This document shows, piece by piece, positions 23,036 through 35,673 of a stretch of 64,000 nucleotides of DNA. The notes beneath the pieces are model-generated. The model did no database searches. It had not been told where the DNA came from and saw only the letters and a program-made list of their open reading frames with translations. The position numbers were made by a program, and so were the translations under genes. Numbering within the stretch: the first letter of the stretch is position 1; every line of letters begins with the position of its first letter. The DNA is from Octopus sinensis (taxonomy: Eukaryota). The stretch is from positions 56,792,001 to 56,856,000 of the forward strand of contig NC_043012.1 of the NCBI RefSeq assembly GCF_006345805.1. The letters run 5' to 3'.

Positions 23036-23423
23036 GGAGGCGCAATGGCCCAGTGGTTAGGGCAGCGGACTCGCGGTCGTAGGATCGGCGGTTTCGATTC
23101 CCAGACCGGGCGTTGTGAGTGTTATTTAGCGAAAACACCTAAAGCTCCACGAGGCTCCGGCAGGGGATGGTGGTGATCCCTGTTGTACTCTTTACCACAA
23201 CTTTCTCTCTCCTCACTCTTACTTCCTGTTTCTGTTTAGTACCTGTATTTCAAAGGGCCGGCCTTGTCACTCTCTGTGTCACGCTGAATATCCCCGAGAA
23301 CTACGTTAAGGGTACACGTGTCTGTGGGGTGCTCAGCTACTTACACGTTAATTTCACGAGCAGTCTGTTCCGTTGATCGGATCAACCGGAACCCTCGTCG
23401 TCGTAACCGGCGGAGTGCTTCCA
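23036..23423 (+). mobile_element. tRNA-derived SINE family C with 13-bp TSD
   Basis: Head ggaggcgcaatggcccagtggttaggg...ggtttcgattcccagaccggg (A/B boxes); TSD ttttgaagcttct at 23023-23035 and 23424-23436. Confidence 0.9.
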
Positions 23424-23823
23424 TTTTGAAGCTTCTAAACAAAAAAAAAAAGAAAAAATTTAAAAATCCTATAATGCAAACCGCATACAATTCTCGTTGG
23501 TAAGAATGAAGGTTCAAAAATGGATAGCGAAAATTCGAAGTATTTCGAGATGGTCATTATTTTTTTAACCAAATTCGAAGTGTTGCTTTGTATAATGATA
23601 ATACATCGGTCATGAGCACAGAACATTTGGGTTCGTATCCCACAAGCAGATCTCGACTTTGTTTTTAACCCAATATTCTACATGCTATTATTTATAGCTT
23701 TATCTACTTCGAGTTCCACCGCTAAGGATATGTGTGTGTGCGTTTGTATGTTTGCGCGTATGTGTGCGTGCGTGTGTGTATATGTATATATGTGTGTAAT
23801 ATATTAATATATTATATAATATA

Positions 23824-23855
<32 letters not shown>

Positions 23856-23916
23856 CTCACAGATATCTCAAAACTAAATAAACCACCCTCGTTATGCATA
23901 TATGTATCTATAGTAT

Positions 23917-24572
23917 CGAGCTGGCGGAATCGTTAACACGCCGGACAATATGCTTAGCAACATTTCGGCCGTCTTTACCTCCAGAGTTCGAATGCCACCA
24001 CGGTCGACATTGCGTTTCATCTATTTTGGGATCGATGAAATAAGTACCTGTTGCGCACTTGGGTCGATCTAATCGACTAGCTCCATCACCCAAAATATTA
24101 GACCTTAGGATTATGTACGAGTACGAGATATATGTATATATATATTGTTGTTTTTGGAGGTAGTTAAAATGAAAGGTCCATCTCTAAATATACTTTTCTA
24201 CTCTAGGCACAAGGCCCAAAATTTTTGGGGAGGTGGCCAGTCGATTAGATCGACCCAATACGCAACTAGTACTTGATTTAATCGACCCCGAAAGGGGGAA
24301 AGGCAAACTCGACCTCAGAACGTAGCGGCAGACGAAATACCTATTTCTTTACTACCCACAAGGGGCTAAGCACAGAGAGGACAAACAAGGACAGACAAAC
24401 GGATTAAGTCGATTTTATCGACCCCAGTGCATAACTGGTACCTATTTAATCGATCCTGAAAGGATGAAAGGCAAAGTCGACCTCGGCGGAATTTGAACTC
24501 AGAACGTAAAGGCAGACGAAATACGGCTGCGCATTTCGGCCGGCGTGCTAACGTTTCTGCCAGCTCGCCGCC
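23917..24572. mobile_element. SINE family A copies (old + copy 23917-24105; dimeric - copy 24194-24572)
   Basis: Family A head and central motifs. Confidence 0.8.
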
Positions 24573-24690
24573 TTTCCACACCTAAATATAAAAATATCCA
24601 TTTCAACATATGATCTCACATCGCGAATCGCGCGCGCGCGTATGTGTGTGTGTGTGTGTGTGTATGCACACATCTTTGTATTTAAGATAC

Positions 24691-24733
<43 letters not shown>

Positions 24734-25007
24734 TCACACATATCTGTGTTTAATAGATACATAGTATATATACGCGCGTGTATGAGTCTATACATAAATG
24801 AATGTATGTACAGATATATACACGAGTGTACGTGTATATATATATATATATATATTAGAATGTATGTATAGAAGTATATACATAGTACTTTTTGTATGTG
24901 AAGGTATACGTGTTTAACCGTTTGCGATAGACACGCGCTCCACCTCTCTCTTACACACACACACACACAAACAAACACACAAACAAACACTATCTCTTTC
25001 TCTTTAT

Positions 25008-25409
25008 CTCTTTTACCTCTTTTACTTGTTTCAGTCATTTGACTGCGGCCATGCTGGAGCACCGCCTCTAGTCGAGCAAATCGATCCCGGGACTTATTCT
25101 TTGTAAGCCCAGTACTTATTCTATCGGTCTCTTTTGCCGAACCGCTAAGTGACGGGGATGTAAACACACCAGCATCGGTTGTCAAGCGATGTTGGGGTGA
25201 CAAACACAGACACCCAAACACATACATATATACATACATATATACGACAGGCTTCTTTCAGTTTCCGTCTACCAAATCCACTCACAAAGCATTGGTTGGC
25301 CCGGGGCTATAGCAGAAGACACTTGCCCAAGATGCCACGCAGTGGGACTGAACCCTGAACCATGTGGTTGGTAAGCAAGCTACTTACCACACAGCCACTC
25401 CTGCGCCTA
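25008..25409 (-). mobile_element. SINE family B, full length
   Basis: Complete match to the other copies. Confidence 0.92.
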
Positions 25410-25617
25410 TATAGTGTTACTCCTATCGCCTACCCGCCTAACTTAAAATGTGTGAGATGAACTTCATCGTATGTTGTCATTTAACCCCAGGTTTAAAATG
25501 ATCCACACAGTCTTTGATCAAACTCGTTCTAGCTTTGATTATTCACTGCTATTTTCAAATAATATATCTGAGACTGTATCCTCTAACGTGCTCCGCTTTT
25601 TAACACAATGGAATGTA

Positions 25618-26183
25618 TTGGGTTGTCCGGAAAGTTCGTGCCGATTTTTAAAGGAAAGAAAAAGGTCAATAAATACTTGCCATTACATTTTTAATTAACC
25701 AAATATGAACCATTTTGTTGCACAATGCGTCTCCATCTTTCTTTTAACTCGAAAATACCCTCTTCCCAGAATTGAGGTGGTTTCATGGCAAAGAATTCAT
25801 CAAGGTATCTTTTTACGTCATCCAAGGAATTGAAATTTTTACCATTAAGACTATTCTGCAGAGACCTGAATAAGTGGAAATCTGAAGGAGCAATATCTGG
25901 TGAATATGGAGGGTGGAGTAACACATCCCAGCCCAGCTGCAGCAATTTTTGTCTGATTCCTAAAGCATCAAGTGCCGAAAATGAACTTTCTTATCTTCCA
26001 TTTTAAAGGGTTACAGAATTAATACAAGTTATAGGAACATGAACCTTCTTCCACGAAAAGATAGCTTAAACTGTGCTCTAAATGGAGGTGTAGTCAAATC
26101 CTATTTCATAAACTATACCATGTTCTAAAATAAGTCGAAAAGTAAGCTACTATAAATTGGCACGAACTTTCCGGACAACCCAA
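25618..26183 (-). mobile_element. Internally deleted mariner transposon
   Basis: TIRs ttgggttgtccggaaagttcgtgcc / ggcacgaactttccggacaacccaa, TA TSD (25616-17, 26184-85). Confidence 0.93.
25691..26001 (-). pseudogene. Mariner transposase remnant: N-terminal MEDKKVHFRHLML fused out of frame to the C-terminus
   Basis: LGWDVLLHPPYSPDIAPSDFHLFRSLQNSL...KERWRRIVQQNGSYLVN contains the YSPD(I)APSD mariner motif. Confidence 0.9.
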
Positions 26184-26561
26184 TATATTGAAGAAAATTT
26201 GGTTGCTCTTTATAACATGTCTGATGGCCACATAGAGGTCTTTTGCCTTGGTTTATTGTATTGTACCTACGTTGTTGATGATGATGATGTTTTGTCCCAG
26301 GTCAGTCCTGGTCGATCAAAATCCTTGATCAATGACACTCCAAACTTGACCACAACCGCGTAGTTATGAAGCTCGTTTTGGAACCACGTGGCTTTGCGAT
26401 CAGTCCCACTGTGCAGCACCTTGGGCAAGCGTCTCCTGTTTTTTAACCCTGGGCCAAACAATGTCCTGTGAGTGAATCTGGAAATTGTATGGAAGCCCGT
26501 CCAGCATGGCCGCGGCCTTCGGGCTAAAACATTTTAAAGGATTTAAGGATATATATATATA

Positions 26562-26860
26562 TAATTAATTCAAAAACGGAGATAAAGAACAGAGAAAAAG
26601 ACAAACAGAAAAAAACAACAATGTGAGGACGTAGCACATGCAAAGTATTAATAAGACGCTCGGAGAAGGAAAAGAGTAGTTGTTTTAAGTTTCGCATAGC
26701 TCTTCTTCGGAAACAGGAAAAACAGGAAAGTCCAAAGGGGAAGGAAGAAGGAGAAAAAAACGCCAATCGCCCGCGAAATAGTTACATTTTTGAAGTGACC
26801 GGAAGTGGAAGGACAAAAAGAAAGTACTTTCTGGGATAGGAGACTATGAAGATGGTCGGT
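26562..26860 (-). mobile_element. Family HH-A element with decayed hammerhead (26681-26715)
   Basis: Minus strand UGUUU-CCGAAGA-A-GAGC-UAU-GC-GAAAC-UUA-AAACA; collinear with 57436-57643; flanked by (TA)n and (TG)n. Confidence 0.55.
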
Positions 26861-27167
26861 ATGTGTATGTGGTGTGTGTGTGTGTGTGTGCACGCGCACG
26901 CTAGCGTGTGTATGTATTGTACCGTGTGTGTGTGTGTGTGTGTGTGTAGCAAAGACCATATTATCCAACAGTCTTTATTTAAGACTGTAGCATGTGTGTG
27001 ATGTGACGTAGATTTGGCTGGTGTTTCTAATACGTCGTTCAACTACTTAGAGGTCTGTTTCTCCTTGGCTCGTTATGCTTTCTGATACCGACCCGCCTGA
27101 AACCCCACCCCTTAGTTTTTATGATGCAGATTCCTTTTGGATAGATTTAAACTAATACCAGCTTAAT

Positions 27168-27547
27168 AATCCTTTCTAACGGATACGCATTTTATTGACC
27201 TTCGAAAGAGCGAAAGGCAAAATTGACTTCGGTGGTGTTTGAACTCAGAGCGTAAAGAGCCAGAAAATTCGCCGTTAAGCACTTTGTCCAACGATTTTGC
27301 CAGTTCACCGCCGTAAACACCAGCCTAATAATAGATTCAAGTTTTGGCTCAACGCCAGCAATTTCGTGTCAGGGGTTTAGTCGATTACATCGATCCCAGA
27401 GCTCGACTGGTAGTGATTTTATCGACCCCGAAAAGGATGAAAGGCAAAGTCGACCTCGGTGTCATTTGAACTCAGAAGAACTCAGTCGGAAGGTATGCCG
27501 CTAAGCATTGTATCCGTCGCGGTAACGATTCCTCCGGCTCTTTGCCT
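27168..27547 (-). mobile_element. Two tandem older SINE family A copies
   Basis: aaaggcaaa.t.gac.tcggtg...tttgaactcaga occurs twice. Confidence 0.7.
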
Positions 27548-27661
27548 TATGCACCAGCTTTATTTTACTAAGATCTTCCTTATTTTCAAATTTGATTGAA
27601 ACATGGGCCAATTATTTAAACAGAAATGTGATAACAAAAGTGTTAAACAAAAGTTCGCATT

Positions 27662-27697
<36 letters not shown>

Positions 27698-27775
27698 AGA
27701 CTGATCAACGAACAAGGGCGTTCTACCCATGACTATCCTGTTCTTTCTCTCTTCTGCGTTGGGAACGCAAAAGTA

Positions 27776-27969
27776 TTCTTGTATTTGTTTCAGTCATTTG
27801 ACTGCGGCCATGCTGGAGCACCCGCCTTTAGTCGAATAAATCGACCCCAGGACTTACTCTTTGTAAGCTTGGTACTTATTCTATCGGTCTCTTTTTGCCC
27901 AACCGCTAAGTTATGGGGACGTGAACACACTAACATCGGTTGTCAAGCGATGGTGAGGGGACAAAACAG

Positions 27970-28006
<37 letters not shown>

Positions 28007-28164
28007 CGGCGGGCTTCTTTCAGTTTCCGCCTACCAAATCTACTCACAAGGCTTTGGTCGGTCCGAGGCTATAGTAGGAGACACTTACCTGAAGTGCCAC
28101 GCAATGGGACCGAACCCGGAACCATGTGGCTAGGAAGCAAGCTACTTACCACACAGCCACTCCG
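27776..28164 (-). mobile_element. SINE family B, full length
   Basis: Tail-to-head match to the other copies. Confidence 0.9.
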
Positions 28165-28213
28165 CATCGTGTTTTTTTTTTATTACAGATGTGTGTGTGT
28201 GTGTGTGTGGTGT

Positions 28214-28257
<44 letters not shown>

Positions 28258-28277
28258 GTGTGTGTGCGTGCATGTGT

Positions 28278-28313
<36 letters not shown>

Positions 28314-28877
28314 CGAGGAAGATTTGGCTGCTATTTCTAGCAGATGGAGCAACCGCCTAGCGGTTTCTATAACGATGTCTGAGATTAATCAATACGGCTG
28401 CGTTGCCAAGGCGGCAAGCTAGCAGAAACGTTTGCACGCCGGGCGAGATGCTTAGCGGAATTTCGACTTTGCCTTTCATTCTTTCGGGGTCGATAAAATA
28501 AGTACCAGTTGCGTACTGATGTCGATCTAATCGGCGGGCCCCTTCCTCAATAAAAATTTCGGCCTTGTGCCTAAAGTAGAAAAGAATATTGCTGCATTGC
28601 TGCTGCTGCTGCTGCTTCTGCTTCTCAGTTCTGATCAAGTCTACCTATGATCAAGCGCTCCAACCATGACCATGTACGGCACTTTGGGTACAGTAACTGT
28701 GCCTTCTGTTATACTTCAGGCCGCCCAATGCCTTGTGAGTGAATTAGATAGAAACAGTAGAAGAGTGATATATATACATATATATATATATACACACACA
28801 CATATATACATCAATATATATGTATGTACATGTATATATGTATGTGTGCCTTTGTGTTTGCGTATTGCCATCACTTG

Positions 28878-29078
28878 ACAGAGAGGACAAACAAGGACAG
28901 ACAAAGGGATTAAGTCGATTACATCGACCCCAGTGCGTAACTGGTACTTATTTAATCGACCCCGAAAGGATGAAAGACAAAGTCGACCTCGGCGGAATTT
29001 GAACTCAGAACGTGGCGGCAGACGAAATACTGCTAAGCATTTCGCCCGGCGTGCTAACGTTTCTGCCAGCTCACCACC
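28878..29078 (-). mobile_element. SINE family A, 5' part
   Basis: gaggacaaacaaggacagacaaaggg...gtttctgccagctcaccacc. Confidence 0.85.
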
Positions 29079-29462
29079 TTTCATTCTTTCGGCATCGATT
29101 AACTAAGTGGTAGCCGAGCAATGGAGTCAATGTAATCGACTATTCCTCTCTCTCTCCACTAAAATTCCAGGTATCGTGCATTTGGTAGAGTTTGAACTCA
29201 GAACACAAAAGCTATAATAAATATTGCGAAGAGTTTCGCTCGATACTCTCGCAACTCTGCCAATTTGCTGTAGTCATTGAGTTTCATGTGCAACTGAAAA
29301 GGCGAAGTTTGTCATCTCCTTTAACAGCTGCTCTTAAGCTCTCTAATCATTGATTCAAGTTGCGTACAAACGGCGCCTATGTGTGGAATGTTAAGAGGGA
29401 GTGAATCGCAGTAGCATTTATAGGAATAGGAATGTGGGTGTTGTAATTGTCAAAAGTGACGA

Positions 29463-30075
29463 AGGCGACGAGCTGGCAGAATCGTTAGCAGACCGGGCGA
29501 AATACTTAGCAGTATTTCATCTGCCGCTACGTTCTGAGTTCAAATTCCGCCGAGGTCGACTTTGCCTTTCATCCTTTCGAGGGTCGATTAAATAAGTACC
29601 AGTTACGCACTGGGGTCGATGTAATCGACTTAATCCATTTGTCTGTCCTTGTTTGTCCTCTCTTTGTTTAGCCCCTTGTGGGTAGTAAAGAAATAGGTAT
29701 TTCATCTGCCGCTACGTTCTGATTTCAAATTCCGCCGAGGTCGACTTTGCCTTTCATTTTTTCGGGGTCGATATATTAAGTACTAGTTACGCACTGGGGT
29801 CGATGTAATCGACTCAATCCCTTTGTCTGTCCTTGTTTGTCCCCTCAATGTTTAACCCCTTGAGGGCAATAAAGAAATAAGAATCGTTAGCACGCCGGGC
29901 GATATGCTTAACGGCATTTCGCACGTCGCTACGTTCTGAGTTCATCTTCCGCCGAGGTCGACTTTGCCTTTCATCCTTTCAGGGGTCGATTAAATAAATA
30001 CCAGTTATGCATTGGAGTCGATGTAATCGACTTAATCCCGTCCCCCAAGCTGCCCTTGGGGCAAAAATTTGAAAT
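29463..30075 (+). mobile_element. Dimeric SINE family A nested in or tandem with an older family A copy
   Basis: agaatcgttagca occurs at 29478 and again right after the aaagaaata tail at ~29880. Confidence 0.85.
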
Positions 30076-30557
30076 CATTGTTAAAAGAGACGGTGGAAAT
30101 CAGGTTATAAGTAACACCCACGTTACAGAAACATGACGCTCTAAAAAGATTACCGTAACGCGAAGCCATTTTTCAAACCACTTATTTTCATAACAGACAT
30201 TAGGTGACCAGAAATCGAAGGGAACATGTATTTTCGCGTTACGGATTCTTCTTATGAATTCAGTCATTCCAAAGCGCGGAGGATGCCTGCATACATGCTG
30301 TGTGGTTTTTCGAACATGGCAGCTCTGTGTTCACGTGGGAGTGAGCCTCGTGGGTGGTGGTGGGGTGGCGTAGAGCGAATTTAGAAGTTAACTAGAGGAA
30401 ATTTGGGGTGTCATTTATTGAAAATCAATAAGGTTACGTTTTGCTGAACAAAAGAAATATAGAAATGCCGTGAAGTAGCGAAAAAGTATTAGATAAAAAG
30501 AAACTTTCAGGATTTCATTTTAAAAAGGAAAAAGAACCCCCAAATAACGTTAGTGTC

Positions 30558-31046
30558 ATAGGCTCAGGTGTGGATGTGTGGTGAGGAGTTTGCTACCCAA
30601 CCACAAGGTGTCGGGTTCAGTCCTACTGCATGGCATCTTGAGCAAGTATCTTCTACTATAGCCCCTGGCCGACCAAAGCCTTGCGAATGGATTTAGCAGA
30701 CGGAAACCGAAAGAAGCCCGTCGTTTATATATATATACATATCTTTTGTGCGTCGTGTCTTTGTGCTCGTGTTTGCCACCCTTTCGCCGCTTGGCAACCG
30801 GGGTTGGTTTGTTCACAACCCTATAATTTAGCCGTTCGGCGAAAGACACTTATAGAATGTGTATCAGAACTTTAAAAAAACAAACAAAACCAAAACCAAA
30901 AAAAAAAAAAAAAAAACTGAAACAAATAACAGACAACGAGACAAAACAAACATAAATACTGGGGTAAATTTGTTCAATAATAACCCTTCAAGGTACTGCT
31001 TGCTACAGCATGGCCGCAGTATAATGACTCAAGAAAGTAAGAGATA
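30558..31046 (+). mobile_element. Older SINE family B
   Basis: ataggctcaggtgtggatgtgtggtgagg...cagcatggccgcagt. Confidence 0.75.
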
Positions 31047-31072
31047 GAACATAGAAGAAATATGACAGAGTA

Positions 31073-31310
31073 TACTCTTTACTCTCTTTTACTCTTTTAC
31101 TTGTTTCAGTCATTTGACTGCGGCCATGCTGGAGCAAACCGCCTTTTAGTTGAGCAAATCGACCCCGGGACTTATTCTTTTGTAAGCCCAGTACTTATTC
31201 TTCGGTCTCTTTTGTCGAACCGCTAAGTGACGGGGACGTCACACACCAGCATCGGTTGTCAAGCAATGATAGGGGGACAAACACAGACACACAAACACAC
31301 ACAACATACA

Positions 31311-31360
<50 letters not shown>

Positions 31361-31569
31361 ATATATATATATATATAGCTATATACAATATATATATATA
31401 TATATCTATATACATATATACGACAGTCTTCTTTCAGTTTCCGTCTACCAAATCCACTCACAAGGCATTGGTCGGCCCGGGGCTATAGCAGAAGACACTT
31501 GCCCAAGATGCCACGCAGTGGGACTGAACCCGGAACCATGTGGTTGGTTAGCAAGCTACTTACCACACA
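31073..31569 (-). mobile_element. SINE family B
   Basis: Tail-to-head match to the other copies. Confidence 0.9.
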
Positions 31570-31637
31570 TTCTTTCGTTTATTCAATAGTCATGATATCG
31601 TGTGTTTATGGCAGACGTTGGTTGAGAGACGTCCGTT

Positions 31638-31737
31638 NNNNNNNNNNNNNNNNNNNNNNNNNNNNNNNNNNNNNNNNNNNNNNNNNNNNNNNNNNNNNNN
31701 NNNNNNNNNNNNNNNNNNNNNNNNNNNNNNNNNNNNN
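31638..31737. other. Assembly gap (100 N)
   Basis: Run of N. Confidence 1.
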
Positions 31738-31951
31738 ATATATATCAGGGGTAGACCTAGGTTCTAAAGTTAGGGAAAGCGAGCACATGCAGATAAAAAA
31801 AGGCGCCCTGATACATACCAAATAATACTTAACTCATGGATTATACACTTATACATTGATTAAAAGTGCCAGGTTTGGAAAATGTTGCTCGGGGGTAGGG
31901 AGCACATTTCCCCAAATTGCCAATAGGTACCTACATCCACCACCGATATGT

Positions 31952-31991
<40 letters not shown>

Positions 31992-32463
31992 CGATATATA
32001 CATACACACACATATTACGCAAACAATATAATATATATATATTGCGTTGTGGTAAATGTGGTGCAAATACATATTATATTTTATATTTCTATGTATATGT
32101 ATGTGTGTATGTAATTATATCTATGTGTGTATATGTGTGTCTATATCCCAATGTTCATGATATATACACCACACACACACACACATATACGCAAACATAT
32201 ATATATATATATGCGTGTGTGTATGTGTGCATACATATATATATATTTATATGTCTATGTATATGTATGTGTGTATGGTAATTTATATCTATGTGTGTAT
32301 ATGTGTGTCTATATCCATATAATGTTCATGATATATAACACACACACACAGACACACATAGCTCTATTATACAATAACTAAGACATTTCTGCACACACAT
32401 ACTCATACATATGGATATATACATACATACATACACAAGTATGTATGCCACCACACATGCATT

Positions 32464-32498
<35 letters not shown>

Positions 32499-32528
32499 TG
32501 TGTGTGTGTGTGTTATCTGTCTATGCTA

Positions 32529-32968
32529 GGCGGCGAGCTGGCAGAAACGTTAGCACGCCGGGCGAAATGCTTTGCGGTATTTCGTCTGCCGCTACGTTTT
32601 GAGTTCAAATTCCGCCGAGGTCGACTTTGCCTTTCATACTTTCGGGGTCGATAAATTAAGTACCAGTTACACACTGGGGTCGATATAACCGACTTAATCC
32701 GTTTGTCTGTCCTTGTTTGTCCCCTCTATGTTTAGCCCCTTGTGGGTAGTAAAGAAATAGGTATTTCGTCTGCGGCTACGTTCTGAGTATAGAAATAGGT
32801 ATTTGGCCTGTCATTATGTTCTGAGTTCAAATTTCGCCGAGGTCGACTACTTTGCCGTTCATCCTTTTGGAGTTTATAAACTAACTACTAGTTACACACT
32901 GGGGTCGATGTAATCGATTTGCACCCCTCCCCCAAATTTTAGGCCTTGTGTCTATACTAGAAAGGATT
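32529..32968 (+). mobile_element. SINE family A, dimeric/compound
   Basis: ggcggcgagctggcagaaacgttagcacgcc head followed by a duplicated body. Confidence 0.88.
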
Positions 32969-33300
32969 ATGTGTCTATGCTTGTACTTATATATTTAAAG
33001 GCGGCGAGCTGGTAGCATCGTTAGCGCGTTGGACCGAATTATTAGCGGCATTTCTTCCAGTTCAGATCAAATCCCGCCGATGAAATATAGCGCCAGTCAA
33101 GTACAGGGATCGAGAACATCGACTTGTCCGCTCGACTCAAAATTGCTGGCCTTGCCGTTAGTGCGGAGAAAATCGTAATTTTTATCATTAACACACCATG
33201 GAAACTGGGTAACAGATTTTACGGGTCCATGGGCTCGAAGAAAGAAAAAACCCCTCTAAAATACCTTATTATTTAGATATGTAGTACGTAAATGTATATA

Positions 33301-33706
33301 TTCTTTATTCTTTTATTTGTTTCAGTCATTTGACTGCGGCCATGCTGGAGCTCCGCCTTTAGTCGAGCAAATCGACCCCAGGACTTATTCTTTGTAAGCC
33401 TAGTCATTATTCTATCGGACTCTTTTTGCCGAACCGCTAAGTCACTGGGACGTAAGCACACCACCATCGGTTGTCAAGCGATGGTAGTGGTGGGGAGACA
33501 AACACAGACACACACACACACATATTTATATATATATATATATATAATTATATACACACGACGGGCTTTTTGCAGTTTCCGTCTACCAAATCCACTCACA
33601 AGGCTTTGCTCGGCCCGAGGCTATAGTAGAAGACACTTACCCAAGGTGCCGCGCAGTGGGACTGAACCCGGAACTATGTGGCTGGTAAGCAAGCTACTTA
33701 TCACAC
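33301..33706 (-). mobile_element. SINE family B
   Basis: Tail-to-near-head match to the other copies. Confidence 0.9.
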
Positions 33707-34270
33707 ACAGACACAGACACAGACACACACACATATATTTGCACATATATATATGTATGTACGTATATACATATTTAATTATGTACATTTGGAAAAATAT
33801 ACAGGCATATACGTCCCTCTCTCCATATATATGTATGTATACATACATACATACATACATACATGTATATATCTATATATATATATATATGAAAAGGCAT
33901 GACTGAGTGGTTCAGGAGTTCCGGGTTCGATCTCCCTGCTTGTCTTCATTGCACTTCAGCCATATGTATGAAATTGGGTAGTCGGAAAGTGAATAGAAGC
34001 CCGTCGATGGATTGTAATAGTTCAATAGTCCAGCTTTATTTTATTATGTCAGCTGCCTAGGGTCCTCACGGATGTAGGGCCCCATTCTGACTTTTTCTGT
34101 GTTGTGCTTTGCTGTCGGTAATTACATAACTATCATAGAGTCCTGTGTGTTTGTACTCTACTTTAAATTTACGTTACGTACTGGGTACTTTACCCTTACG
34201 TTTGTGTGTGTCTATGTGAGTACCTGTGTGTGTATGTTGCTGTATATGTTTGCTGTGTTCCTGTGTACAC

Positions 34271-34302
<32 letters not shown>

Positions 34303-35106
34303 TCATACACACACACTCCTATCCCATAAGATGTATGTGTAATTTGTATGTGTAATCATACTGATTTCAAATTTTGGCACAACGCCAGCAATTTCGGAGG
34401 CTGAGTAAGTTGATTACATCGACCCTAGTGTTCAACTGGTACTTATTTTTTCGACCGCCCCCCTCCTCCTCCACCAAAGAAATAAAAAGTGAAGTCGATC
34501 CCGACGGAATTTGAACTCAGAACTTGAAGAAATGCCGCTAGATGTGCTAACGGTTCTGCCAGCTCGCCGCCTTTGTATACGTTCGCATATTGGTACGTGT
34601 AAGTTTAAATGTGTATGTGTGTGCATATATGTGTATGTATGTGCATTTGCGCGCGCGGTGCGTGTGTGGCACTATGTGTTCCCACCCCGCCGAAGTCCAC
34701 TTGGCATTTCATCCTTTCGGGTTCAAGAAATGAAGTCTCAACATGCACTATTTCTGTGATTTTTACCTTCTCTATCGTAGAAATCTTTTGTGTTTAAAAC
34801 AAGACAATGGATTGCTCTACTACAACCAAAAATGGCTCTGACGAAAATAGCCTTTAATTTTCTTAGTTTGTTCAATTCTCCTCAACTGTTCAATAGATCA
34901 TATGAGTAAACTTATCAGTAGTGTACCTATAATGACTACTGGAAACATCTGTAAGCCAAATTTACTCCAATAAAGGAAAAATATTTAATGACCATTATTC
35001 ATCCGTTGACTTAGATATCACTCTGTGTAAAAACCAGTTTGACTGGGGCCCAATCACGGGGACCATAATCTAGGACCCTACCAGAAGAATACTCGGAGTT
35101 CTTCAC

Positions 35107-35200
35107 TAATCTAAACAATATTGTTAGCCTGGTGTGCCAACAGAGAGCTTATGAAGTATTTTGCCCGGATTGATAATCCCTCACTTTTAACTGTTTTGTA
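35107..35200 (+). repeat. Dispersed microsatellite-abutting element end; inverted copy at 57903-57998
   Basis: aacaatattgtt..ctggtgt.c.aacagagagcttatg.ag.attttgcccggattgataatc shared between the two. Confidence 0.6.
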
Positions 35201-35272
35201 TATATACACATACATACATACATACATACATACATACATACACACATACACACACACACACACACACACAAA

Positions 35273-35311
<39 letters not shown>

Positions 35312-35401
35312 ATCTCTGTAATCCTTGTTTGTCCCCTCTATGTTTAGCCCCTTGTGGATAGTAAAGAAATATATATATATATATATATATAATATATATA
35401 T

Positions 35402-35453
<52 letters not shown>

Positions 35454-35613
35454 ATGCGTATATGAGGTAGAGTTCTATCATAATAGTGTGGTGGTAGCGT
35501 CAACAGCTTAATCTTTCGTAAATTGAGTATCCATCCAAGGGGCGAACAAATTAGAGGTGTGATATAAATGTCCTTCACAAAACCACTTGGGTTGAGTATA
35601 TTAAAGCTATGAG

Positions 35614-35647
<34 letters not shown>

Positions 35648-35673
35648 ACACACACGTGCATTCACACACACAC

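Noticed and set aside
23036-23110. tRNA-like sequence
   Set aside because: Head of a TSD-bounded SINE, not a stand-alone tRNA gene
22930-23725. ~65-bp diverged direct repeat (22940-23000 / 23661-23722)
   Set aside because: Old local duplication with no further structure
31747-31946. Possible hAT-like MITE (caggggtagacctagg ... cctacatccaccaccg)
   Set aside because: Termini only partly complementary, no TSD, adjacent to the assembly gap
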